DNA from: an uncultured delta proteobacterium
GTDB lineage: Bacteria > Myxococcota_A > Polyangia > Fen-1088
Assembly: GCA_963767925.1 (NCBI GenBank)
Contig: CAVYGB010000010.1
Span: 1,408,001-1,472,000, forward strand
Length of the DNA stretch: 64,000 nucleotides
Direction of reading: 5' to 3'
Part shown: positions 19,901-28,221 of the stretch, one piece after another
How the letters are laid out: every line of letters starts with the position of its first letter
How positions within the stretch are numbered: position 1 is the first letter of the stretch
Made by a program: the position numbers and the translations under genes
Notes under the pieces: generated by a model
Database searches by the model: none
Told to the model about the DNA's origin: nothing
Seen by the model: the letters and a program-made list of their open reading frames with translations, nothing else

Positions 19901-22900
19901 AAAAAGTCATAGCTGAGCGTCGTCCTGATGTTGTTCGGGTCTGTCACCGTCCGCGGACGTCCGGTCGCCGGGTCGGCCACGACGGTCGTGACGTGTCCCA
20001 CGGCATTGGTGTGAGTCCGGGGATGGACAGACTGTTCGTCATACGTCACGAGCTCCTGGCGAATCACCGCTGCCCGGTCCATCCGTCTGAGCGCGGTGAC
20101 CTGCCCGAATGAATTTCGAACGTATTCCAGGCGCAGAAAGTCGTCGGCCGCGCCGAGAGGCTCGATGTCCACGAACCTCGGGACGCCCCGACCCGGTTCA
20201 GGCGAGAACATCGTGAGCCGGACCGTCGCCTCGCCCGACGCGGTACGCTCGGTCTCCCGCCGGTCGAGTGGAACACCGATCAGCCATTGGTTTGCATCGT
20301 TCTGGTAGGCCGAGCTCCAGCTCCTCGAGAGTGTTCCACCGGCGACCGTCGCCGAGCTGTTCACGCCCGAAAGGAGCCCGAAGTCGTTCAGTGATCGATC
20401 GTAGACGAGGGTATGAAGCTCGTCTCGCACCCTGGTCGTGACCGAGCCCCGGGTCTCCTCCTCCACATGGTGAACGGTGACCGGGCGAGTGTAATACGAC
20501 CGCTGGCTGTTCGTCGTCACGAACTCGTACCCGAATGTGCTGCTCAGAAGCCGCGTGAAGCCGCCGTCCAGCGTCTGAACGGTTCGCGTGACCGGCACGG
20601 ACAGGCCCGAGTAGACCGCCACATTCATGGTGGGGTCCGAGCGCATGGGGACGGTGGCGGTCGCAGCGAGGTCGAAGGTTTCGGTCGTCGTCGTACTCGA
20701 GGCGAGGTTGCTGACTACCCAGGACGAAAATCCAAGAAACCCGGCGCCCGTCAGGTCGATCCGGCCGTCTCGAAACAGGTACTGGGTCTCGTTCTGGGCT
20801 CCGCCGATTCCGTTGTCCTCGCGAAGGCTGCGAACGAGCCAGTGCCCACGGCGGACGCATTGCTGGGGAAACTCGCAGGCCGGCCCGGTCGTGTAGACGG
20901 AGGGGTCCACCATGGGCAGATAGGCGAAGGTCGCCTTCTTGCCCATGCCGTCTGTCACCCCGGTCAGGAGGTCCGGCTTGGACCCCTCGCGGACATAGAG
21001 ATGCAGCGCTTGATCGGCCGCAGACACCTGCACGACGTCCATCAAGCCATCCCCGTTCACATCGAGCAGCTGCGATTGCTTGTAGTTGTGGACATCAGGG
21101 GAGGTCGGCTTGAAGTGACCCTCCGCCGGCAGGCCCACCGGGATTGAGAGGCTTTTGACCTCGAAGCCGTCGTGGCGGCTGATCAAGACCTGAAGCGTGG
21201 TCCTTGTGGGCGCGGAGGTCAGGGCACTGTCGCGTACCACCCCGTTGTCGACGAGCATGATGTCCTGTCGACCGTCGCGGTCGAAGTCCGTGACCCGGAT
21301 CCCGGGATCGGCCAGATCGCTCCACCGGGCCGAAGAGCCGACTCCTACGTTCGCTGCCGAGTCGGCGAGGCCCGACAGGCTCTGCGGCGGGCCGAAGTCA
21401 TTGCCCGTGTTCACGATCAGGGTCGGTGTCGCGCCGCCTTGCCGCAGACGCAAGGCGTCCGATAGCCCGTCTCCGTTGTGATCGAAGAAGAAGTAGCGCG
21501 CGAGGTCCCCGCTCCCGCTGGCGAGAAGCGTGGTGTCCAGGTAGTCGAACTCCGATGCCAGCTCCTGGCCCCGGTCCGGGGTGAGAGGCGTTCCTCGTCT
21601 CTGGCGCATGACGAGCAGGCGGTTGCCTCCATCCGGCGGCAGCGCCAGGGCGTCCGTGGCGCCGTCGCCGTCGAGGTCGAGCGGCTGTCCGGACCATCCG
21701 GCACTGTTGAAGTTCTGCTCCCATGAGGCATCCATGGGACCGCTGATGTCACTGACGGTCCCGCCCGTGAAGACCGCGTAACCCCAGCGGGCGCCGGGGC
21801 CGCCGAGGGGACGCAACAGCGTGAGGCGCCCGCGAGCGCCGAAGTCTCCAAGCTGGAGGCCGCCGCCAGCCGTGGCCAGGTTACCGCCCAGGACCGCGGT
21901 GAATCCCACGTCGCCGCCAGAGCTGTTGGTGTAGTAGGCATAGCTGTCAGCAGACGCCGGCACCGCGATATCGGGTCGGGCGTCCGAGTTGGCAAAGTCG
22001 GCGATGATCGCGTCGCCACCGACCGTATTTTCCTGTAGCCCCATGTCGACCGCCGAGGAGAAGCCCGTTCCAGTGCTCAGCCGGTAGAACCAGCGCGGAG
22101 GTGTGCCGCCGGACGCACCGGGGGGCCGAGCGCGGTAGACGATGTCGTCCTTCCCGTCGTTGTTCAGGTCTGCCGGCTGAATCGACCAGAAGTCGGCGTC
22201 GAGCGGGTTTCGCACATCGGTGATTCCCGTAGGAATATCGAGAAATTCCTCGCTACCCGGGTCGTAGGAGAATCTCGTGGGTTTGCGACACGTCACGGCT
22301 CTACCGGCCGTCGCCGGGTTCCCGTCGCATTCCTTCACCTGCAAGAGCAGCAAGCGGCGCGTGGCAGTCGAGACCGAATGGCCGAGCTCATAAAACCGAA
22401 CGCTGGTGAATGACGACGACCGCGGCGGCAGCACCCGCACTTCGATGGAGGTCAGCTTCTGGGTCGTCCGAAACTTGAGGCCTGCGATGAATGTCTCCCT
22501 GAAGGATCCTGGGTCTCCTCTCACAGCGTATTCGAGCTGGACCACCCGGGTTGGCTGCCCACCGACGTGTGCATATTCTATCGTCTTCAGGCGGGGCTCC
22601 TGGAACCCGAGGACGGCATTTGCCTCTGGCGGTTGCAGGTACCGGTAGGTGATCGCGTTGGCGAACCGGTCACGGGTCACCCCACGGAGCCAGCCGTAGC
22701 GAACGAGGGTCCCAGCGCCGTTCACGACCGCGCTGTCGGTCCGGACTCCGGACGAGGCCTCCCAGCTTTCACGCCAGCCCTGCACGAGCAAGCTCGCATC
22801 GATCGATCCGAATTCGTGGATCCGGCCATCACGTGTCCGGACCTCGAAGCGCAGCGGTGCTACGGCATCGGCCTGGAGGACGGACACCTCGGCGAACGTG

Positions 22901-23484
22901 TCCGGCTCGGTTCGATACTTGGCGCCGGCGGCGCCATGGGTGCCTGTCACGAGGACGAGTGGTCTACCGTCGAGACAGATCTCGTCGGCGGCGAATGAGC
23001 TCATCTCGAGCGCGCGCGGACGCTCGAAACGCTGGTTGTCGGAGGGGCAGCGGTGAATCAACGACTGCCCACCTGACACGGACCACCCTTGCCCGGCGTG
23101 GTCCTCACCGGCGTTGCTGGCGTAGACGAGCCGCATCTCAGGTGTGAGGCTGTTCCGTCCGTCCGGGACCCAAAGGCTGATCCCATAAGACGCCGTCCCT
23201 TTCGGCGAGACGGAGACAATGCCCGGCAAGGAACCGGCATCTTCGCTCGGGACGGTCGTCGAGCTCCCCGTGGAGAGCGGAGCGGCCCTGTCGGCGTCGG
23301 CCCCGGCGGCGCCCGGCGTGCGATCCAGGCCACTGCCACTGCTTCCCGCGGCGGCTGGTGAGCGGGGCTCATCCACCTGGGGCGCGCACGACAAAACGCC
23401 CAGCGTCGCGATCCTGATCGCCAGTGCGATGCGGAGCGCGCTGGACGGCACGCCCACTCGAAAGGCGAAAGCTTCTTTTCGCAT
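16942..23484 (-). CDS. SpvB/FG-GAP/RHS-repeat polymorphic toxin with a C-terminal HNH nuclease and an N-terminal lipoprotein signal
   Basis: GGAGG RBS before ATG 23484; VLSC lipobox; SpvB-like GTASYGISLWVP.GR..LTPEMRLVY; repeated DxNxDGxxD; YD repeats; FTGHE...RVYDP...PDP...NPLRFTDPSG core; CxxC...DHAIPKSRGG..N.Q.TCRTCN HNH. Confidence 0.93.
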   Translation of the reverse strand: MRKEAFAFRVGVPSSALRIALAIRIATLGVLSCAPQVDEPRSPAAAGSSGSGLDRTPGAAGADADRAAPLSTGSSTTVPSEDAGSLPGIVSVSPKGTASYGISLWVPDGRNSLTPEMRLVYASNAGEDHAGQGWSVSGGQSLIHRCPSDNQRFERPRALEMSSFAADEICLDGRPLVLVTGTHGAAGAKYRTEPDTFAEVSVLQADAVAPLRFEVRTRDGRIHEFGSIDASLLVQGWRESWEASSGVRTDSAVVNGAGTLVRYGWLRGVTRDRFANAITYRYLQPPEANAVLGFQEPRLKTIEYAHVGGQPTRVVQLEYAVRGDPGSFRETFIAGLKFRTTQKLTSIEVRVLPPRSSSFTSVRFYELGHSVSTATRRLLLLQVKECDGNPATAGRAVTCRKPTRFSYDPGSEEFLDIPTGITDVRNPLDADFWSIQPADLNNDGKDDIVYRARPPGASGGTPPRWFYRLSTGTGFSSAVDMGLQENTVGGDAIIADFANSDARPDIAVPASADSYAYYTNSSGGDVGFTAVLGGNLATAGGGLQLGDFGARGRLTLLRPLGGPGARWGYAVFTGGTVSDISGPMDASWEQNFNSAGWSGQPLDLDGDGATDALALPPDGGNRLLVMRQRRGTPLTPDRGQELASEFDYLDTTLLASGSGDLARYFFFDHNGDGLSDALRLRQGGATPTLIVNTGNDFGPPQSLSGLADSAANVGVGSSARWSDLADPGIRVTDFDRDGRQDIMLVDNGVVRDSALTSAPTRTTLQVLISRHDGFEVKSLSIPVGLPAEGHFKPTSPDVHNYKQSQLLDVNGDGLMDVVQVSAADQALHLYVREGSKPDLLTGVTDGMGKKATFAYLPMVDPSVYTTGPACEFPQQCVRRGHWLVRSLREDNGIGGAQNETQYLFRDGRIDLTGAGFLGFSSWVVSNLASSTTTTETFDLAATATVPMRSDPTMNVAVYSGLSVPVTRTVQTLDGGFTRLLSSTFGYEFVTTNSQRSYYTRPVTVHHVEEETRGSVTTRVRDELHTLVYDRSLNDFGLLSGVNSSATVAGGTLSRSWSSAYQNDANQWLIGVPLDRRETERTASGEATVRLTMFSPEPGRGVPRFVDIEPLGAADDFLRLEYVRNSFGQVTALRRMDRAAVIRQELVTYDEQSVHPRTHTNAVGHVTTVVADPATGRPRTVTDPNNIRTTLSYDFFGMLRRVDYPGGFGKAITYTREPETGSTPADGRDVWRVTTVFDGGGESRQIVNRLGQEIRHERKNFDGSVSFEDRAYDDLGLPAQRTRFARVGSAAGPATTWLYDELGRPTSQTRPEDGLDAGGAPTSTATSSFAHDGLTSTITDDFGRLRRVSLDEAGRIRRSETRNDAGQWLPAEFTYGPFDVLRFVTRRNGAGLAVQTTEARFDVRGRRLSLADPDAGTRTFRYNAFGDVREEVDANGNLTTYHRDAEGRLEERRDKDGVTTFTWDTAASGRGQIAETLSASGVKRRYSYDTAGRLSREVWTIRGTAYQIDYAYEAQGRLSKVSYPNVMGFSRFVVRNSYDSDSGDLSRVQNDATDKLLWELDATEADGQVVQESFGNGVRTEYGYSSRTGRIGTIKSTVPRSKTTVRSWSYGYWVDGNLQRRSDLLANEHERFEYDGLERIKSWMAADSAGNPLSGGWVVNYTLDDFGNLTRRQFVAGSSTGGTSQDLGFGVFPGTNRVQSSPWGTYSYDAGGNQVGRPDGETIAYTAFDLPKGIVGPRAADFSYDALGTRAEKRRSSADFTVYVGGIYEKRRSSAGTDHVFYVNTGGRALLQVTRREGGSESTSYVHRDRLGSVDAVMDGAGSVIERSRFDPYGNRVANFNEPKLPTSVAATTSKVKLGFTGHEGDEELGLVNMRGRVYDPRLARFLTPDPLVSRGLLGQAYNRYAYVLNNPLRFTDPSGFAADGCDAEEPYKLPNGSCVRTPPPGSLCLDYVCGWGEPTPAIPEPSSPPEPPTPPPGGGVGGGGPSPPPPPPPETPPTDPNPPAGSEGNGMTMGTTMVMPRPMAPPVPVAPPQPGAISRALGAAASWLAQGVTAIGAGLAAFVTITLYSPELNRGEREALQTRPPNILQQEGGGPKIGSEGGPGAGKPFSESTKDAVRTGECVFCGAPTTRQPGSDQANIDHAIPKSRGGNNTVDNAQETCRTCNQEKGTKTTEEYLQGR

Positions 23485-23672
23485 GCTCGCTCCTCCTCTG
23501 CCCGAGGCCACCCGGTCAGCGAGAGGGAACGTAGCCATCATTCTCAGATGCCAGTATTCGTAGGTTCACGTCATCTGGTGCCGGCGGATCGACCGGCGGT
23601 CGCCCGTCTGGCGTCACCAATCGCGCTACACCCGGCATTTCGAGGGCCACCCCGCCTACCCGGACATTGATG

Positions 23673-23702
23673 GCGGAGCATGTCGGAGCGGAGCATGTCG
23701 GA
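23673..23702. repeat. Perfect 15-bp direct repeat (gcggagcatgtcgga x2) in a divergent intergenic region
   Basis: Seen directly between the RHS gene start and the RibD-C fragment. Confidence 0.7.
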
Positions 23703-23748
23703 TCGGAAGGGGGCCGTTCGTCCTATGCTCAGAGAGGGAGAGTGACCC

Positions 23749-24195
23749 ATGAGGAAGATTATCGTTGGCGCCCAGGTTTCCATGGATGGCGTCATGCAAG
23801 CGCCCGGCGGGCCGACCGAGGACCCGACCAGGGGCTTCAAGTTTGGCGGCTGGTCGATGCCCTATTTCGATCAAGAGTTCGGCGAGGAGCTCGACCGGAT
23901 GTTCAAGGAGAAGTTCGACCTCCTACTCGGCCGCAAGACCTACGAGATCTTCGCCGGGTACTGGCCCTACTACGAAGAAGACGCGCCCCATGGCGGCATC
24001 GCCAAGGTCTTCAAGGACATCAAGAAGTACGCGGTTTCGCGCTCGGGCGAGGTCGCCACCACGGTTGGCGAGGAAGGTGATGGACATGGCGAGGATGAAG
24101 GTGACGATCAGAATCGCCACCAGGTCTCTTCGTGCGGTTCGCCTGGGAGTTTCCATGTGCGCTTGCTCCATCTGACAGAAGGTGCCGATCAATAA
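23749..24195 (+). pseudogene. Truncated dihydrofolate reductase / RibD C-terminal family protein
   Basis: MRKIIVGAQVSMDGVMQAPGG...LLLGRKTYEIF...KKYAVSR matches the family, but similarity ends near 24055 and the GS/GG motif half is missing. Confidence 0.75.
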
Positions 24196-24633
24196 GGGGG
24201 AGATCCTGGATCACCCGGGCTGCGGCGGGGAAGGCAGCGGCTCGATCACGATGCCAGCCTGGGGATTCGGGGGTGGCGGCGGAGGAGGGTCCCCTTGGTG
24301 TTCGGATGCAGGAGGTGCCTGTCGATCTCCGTTGCGATGCGACTGCTGAGGACGCCGATTGCGAGGGCACCCAGAGCGGGCAGGATCAGGAACTTCTGAG
24401 TGCCGTTCGGATCTTGACCTTGGGATTCTGGCTAGCCGAGCTCGGTCGGGTCGCCTGGAAATGACGGCGGCGGACGGTCCACACCGTCGACGAGTCTCGC
24501 AGGGTCGCTCGCTCTGGCTGCAGACGAGGGAGGCGCTCCGAGGTCGTCGAAGCAAAGTTCCGGACTCACGGCAGGGAGGGAGGATGCACCGATTGCGCTG
24601 ATCATGGATCGCGCACGCGAAAACTTCGGGGAA

Positions 24634-25965
24634 TCAGCGGCGCCGGCGCACGGGCGCGATGCCGTCCCAGGCGGCGTCGCCGGTGTTGCGGTAGCCGGCG
24701 GGCAGCTCGGTCCAGACCTGGCGGGTCAGGCCGTTGAGGTCATAGACCACCTTGCCATCGCGCACCGTCAGCTCGCACAGCAGGTTCTTGCTGGCGGACA
24801 GCCGGGCCCCGAAGCTGTCGACGAAGCCGAACTTGCCCCGCTGCAGGCGCAGCACCGCGATGTCGGCGGGGGCGCCCACCGACAGGTGGCCCAGCTCCTC
24901 GTGTTTGATCTCGCGGGCCGGGTTCCAGGTCGCGCGCAGCACCACGTCCTCGAGCGACAGGCCCAGGGCCAGGTACTTCGACATGACGTTGAGCATGTCT
25001 TTCATGCCGCCGTTCATGCTGCCGACGTGCAGGTCGGTGGAGAAGGAGTCGGGCAGCAGCCCCTCCTTCACCGCCGGCACCGCCACCCGCCAGATGAAGC
25101 TGCCGCCGCCGTGGCCCACGTCGAAGATAATCCCGCGCTTGCGGCCCTCCCAGATGCCGGCGCTCACCTTGCCGGCGTCGTCCTGCTCCTTGCGCAGGCC
25201 GGAGTGGACGTGGGTGTAGATGTCGCCCGGGCGCAGCTTCTTCGTGAGCAGCTCGATGAGCGGCCGCTCGGCCCGGTTGGCGCCGAAGTCGACCATCACC
25301 GGGATGCCGGCCATGGTGCCGGCCTCGACCGCCTGCTCGACCGGGGTCCACTCCGGGCCGTTGAAGTGGGCGGTCTTGATCCCCACCACCAGGCCCTTGT
25401 TGGCCAGGGCCATCTCCCCGGTGGGGCGGGCCTGCATGTCGGAGAGGTCCTGCTCGTATTTGCCCCCCCGCATGCCGTTGCCGACGATGTTGAGCATGGC
25501 CAGCACGCGGGTCTTGGCCCGCTCGATGACCCGCTTCTTGAACTCCGGGAAGTTGCGCCAGCCCGAGCCGCCGGCGTCGACGACCGTGGTGACTCCCGAG
25601 CGGAAGGTGAACCCGTCGGGCTGGACGCTGTTGTCGCCGGCGTAGGAGTTGGGCTCGCTGCCGGCGAAGACGTGGGCGTGGATGTCGACGAGGCCGGGCG
25701 TCACCAGCAGCCCCTTGACCGAGACGACCTTGAGGGCCTCGGCGGGATCGATCCGGGGAGCCACCGCCGCCACCTTGCCGGCGGCGATGGCCACGTCACG
25801 GACGGCGCTGAGCTTGTTCTTCGGATCGATGACCCGCCCGCCCCGCAGCAGCAGGTCGTATTTGTGGGCGCCGGCGCTCGGCTGGGCCCGGACCGCGGCA
25901 AGGGGGCTCAGCAGCAGGGCCACCGCCAGCAACACGCCGGCGGGTCGGGACATCGATCCGGGCAT
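24634..25965 (-). CDS. Amidohydrolase/deacetylase family metallohydrolase (dihydroorotase-like), with signal peptide
   Basis: PGLVDIHAH, GVTTVVDAG, GIK, IYTH, DVGHGGGSF, STDLH; N-terminal GVLLAVALLLSPLAAVRA-Q. Confidence 0.88.
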   Translation of the reverse strand: MPGSMSRPAGVLLAVALLLSPLAAVRAQPSAGAHKYDLLLRGGRVIDPKNKLSAVRDVAIAAGKVAAVAPRIDPAEALKVVSVKGLLVTPGLVDIHAHVFAGSEPNSYAGDNSVQPDGFTFRSGVTTVVDAGGSGWRNFPEFKKRVIERAKTRVLAMLNIVGNGMRGGKYEQDLSDMQARPTGEMALANKGLVVGIKTAHFNGPEWTPVEQAVEAGTMAGIPVMVDFGANRAERPLIELLTKKLRPGDIYTHVHSGLRKEQDDAGKVSAGIWEGRKRGIIFDVGHGGGSFIWRVAVPAVKEGLLPDSFSTDLHVGSMNGGMKDMLNVMSKYLALGLSLEDVVLRATWNPAREIKHEELGHLSVGAPADIAVLRLQRGKFGFVDSFGARLSASKNLLCELTVRDGKVVYDLNGLTRQVWTELPAGYRNTGDAAWDGIAPVRRRR

Positions 25966-25972
25966 GGGGACC

Positions 25973-26452
25973 TCAGATGTAGGCGATGACGTCTATCTCG
26001 ACCAGCGAGTTGCCGGGGATGCCGCCGGCGGCGGCGATGGTGGTGCGCACGGGCGGGTCCTCGCCGAAGCGCCCGCGGAACACCTCGTTCATGGCGTCGT
26101 AATCCTTGAGGTCATTGAGGTACACGTTGCACTTGAGGCACTTGTCCATCGACGAGCCGACCTCCTTGAGCTTCTTCTCGATCTCGTCGAGCACGTGTTT
26201 CGTGTGGGCCTTGATGTCGCCCTCGAAGTGCGCGCCCACCCCGGCGATGAACAGCAGATTGCCGAAGGAGACCGCCCCGGAAAACAGGGGCACCTGCTTG
26301 GGCCTGGCCCCCTTGCGGTGCACCTTCTTGCTGGGGGCCGCCTCGGCGGCCCGGGCGGCGCCGCTGGCCCCCGCCAGCGAGACCGCGGCGGCGGCCGCTC
26401 CCGCGGCAACCTTCAGGATGTGTCGCCTCTCGCTTCGCTTCTCGTTTTTCAT
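25973..26452 (-). CDS. RidA/YjgF family enamine/imine deaminase with a Tat signal
   Basis: ERRHILK plus Ala-rich h-region; KCNVYL, MNEVF, PPVRTT, LVEIDVIA. Confidence 0.88.
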   Translation of the reverse strand: MKNEKRSERRHILKVAAGAAAAAVSLAGASGAARAAEAAPSKKVHRKGARPKQVPLFSGAVSFGNLLFIAGVGAHFEGDIKAHTKHVLDEIEKKLKEVGSSMDKCLKCNVYLNDLKDYDAMNEVFRGRFGEDPPVRTTIAAAGGIPGNSLVEIDVIAYI

Positions 26453-26544
26453 GGGGTTCCTCCGAGGTTTTCTGGCCGACGAGGAGCGGCAGTTTACATA
26501 CCTTCCCGGCGTTCGACGCAAGACGAGCCGTTTCGACCAGGCGT

Positions 26545-26587
26545 TTGACACCACCTTGACACCCGTACACCGGCGTCCGTATAGACT
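26545..26587 (+). promoter_or_regulatory. Putative promoter/operator of the lactate permease gene
   Basis: TTGACACC twice at an 11-bp period (26545, 26556) and TAGACT at 26582-26587, 8 nt before GTG 26596. Confidence 0.4.
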
Positions 26588-26595
26588 CGCGCCCC

Positions 26596-28221
26596 GTGAA
26601 CGGCTGGCCCCAGAATTACGACCCACTGGGCTGGTGGCCGCTGTCGACGCTGGTCTCGGCGCTGCCCGTCCTGACGCTGTTTTTCTTCCTGGTGGTGCTG
26701 AAAAAGCGGGTCTGGATCTCGGCCCTGGCCGGCCTGATCGCCGCCGCGGCGCTGGCCGCCGGCGCCGTGGGCATGCCCGCGGTGCTGGTGCTGGCCTCGG
26801 CGGGGCACGGCTTCCTGTTCGGGATGCTGCGCATCGCCTGGATCATCGTGGCCTCGATGTTCCTCTACAACCTGTCGCTGTCGACCGGGCAGTTCCAGGT
26901 GATGAAGGACTCCATCGCCGGGCTCTCCTCGGACAAGCGGCTGCAGCTCATCCTGATCGCCTTCTGCTTCGGGGCCTTCCTCGAGGGGACCGGCGGCGGC
27001 GGCGCGCCGGTGGCGATCGCCGGCTCGTTCCTGATCGGCCTGGGCTTTCCCCCCTTCCAGGCGGCGACGTTGTGCCTGGTGGCCAACACCGCCCCGGTGG
27101 CCTGGGGCGCGGTGGGCAACCCGATCCGGGTGCTCGCCGGCGTCACTGGCCTGCCCGAGATGCAGCTCTCGGCCATGACCGGCCGGATCCTCGCCCCCTT
27201 CTCCCTGATCCTGCCGCTGTGGCTGGTGCGCAGCCAGGTCAACTGGCGCGAGACGCGCGAGGTGCTGCCCGCGGTGGCGGTGGCCGGCGTCTCCTTCGCC
27301 GGCATGCAGCTCTACTGGTCCAACTGGCAGGGCAGCGGCCTGGTCGACGTGGTGGCGGCCCTCTTCTCGCTGCTGATGATGGTGCTCTTCCTCAAGGTGT
27401 GGCGCCCGGCGCGGATCCTGCGTAACGAGGGCCAGAGCGAGGAGGTCGTCACCTCCCACAGCCACCTCGACGTCCTCAAGGGCTGGTCGCCCTTCCTGCT
27501 GGCCTCGGTCTTCATCTTCGTGACCGGCATGCCCTTCATCCGGAAGCACCTGCTGTTTCCGGCGCTGAGCTGGCCCATGCCCGCCCTGCACAACGCCGTG
27601 TTGCGGGTCCCGCCGGTGTCCCCCCGGCTCGAGCCGGAGTCGGCCATCGTCGACTTCAACTTCATCGCCCTGCCCGGCACCGCCGTCTTCGTGGCCGCCA
27701 TCCTCTCGGGCCTGCTGGCCGGCCTGCGCCTGTCGACGGTGATGCGCACCTTCGCCCGCACCGTGCGGGAGCTGATCCCCTCGCTGGCGTCGATCAGCTT
27801 CATGGTGGGGCTGGCCTACGTCACCAAGTACTCCGGCATGGACACGGTGATGGGCCTGTCGCTCACCCGCACCGGCGACTTCTTCCCCTTCTTCGGCACC
27901 CTGCTGGGCTGGCTGGGGGTGGCCCTCACCGGCACCGACGCCGGGTCGAACGCGCTGTTCGGCAACCTGCAGAAGGTGACCGCCGAGCAGCTCGGCATCT
28001 CGGCGGTCCTGATGGCCTCGGCCAACTCGGCCGGCGGCGTGATGGGGAAGATGATCGACGCCCAGTCGCTGGTCGTGTCAGCGACCGCCACCCGCCAGGT
28101 GGGCAACGAAGCGGCCATCTTCCGCGCCGTCATCAAGCACAGCATCGTCCTCGCCGCCCTGGTCGGCCTGGTGGTCACCCTCTACGCCCTGGTCCTGCCC
28201 GGGCTCATCCCCGGACCCTGA
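26596..28221 (+). CDS. lctP: L-lactate/glycolate permease (LctP family)
   Basis: Highly hydrophobic; FGAFLEG, ANTAPVAWGAVG.P, GTDAGSNALFGNLQ, GGVMGKMIDAQS. Confidence 0.9.
   Translation: MNGWPQNYDPLGWWPLSTLVSALPVLTLFFFLVVLKKRVWISALAGLIAAAALAAGAVGMPAVLVLASAGHGFLFGMLRIAWIIVASMFLYNLSLSTGQFQVMKDSIAGLSSDKRLQLILIAFCFGAFLEGTGGGGAPVAIAGSFLIGLGFPPFQAATLCLVANTAPVAWGAVGNPIRVLAGVTGLPEMQLSAMTGRILAPFSLILPLWLVRSQVNWRETREVLPAVAVAGVSFAGMQLYWSNWQGSGLVDVVAALFSLLMMVLFLKVWRPARILRNEGQSEEVVTSHSHLDVLKGWSPFLLASVFIFVTGMPFIRKHLLFPALSWPMPALHNAVLRVPPVSPRLEPESAIVDFNFIALPGTAVFVAAILSGLLAGLRLSTVMRTFARTVRELIPSLASISFMVGLAYVTKYSGMDTVMGLSLTRTGDFFPFFGTLLGWLGVALTGTDAGSNALFGNLQKVTAEQLGISAVLMASANSAGGVMGKMIDAQSLVVSATATRQVGNEAAIFRAVIKHSIVLAALVGLVVTLYALVLPGLIPGP

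Noticed and set aside
7900..24600. Integron cassette array or prophage
   Set aside because: No integrase, attC-like sites or phage structural genes were recognised, and gene orientations are mixed.
24200..24630. Short ORFs in the interval before the amidohydrolase
   Set aside because: No recognisable motifs or convincing start signals; left unannotated.
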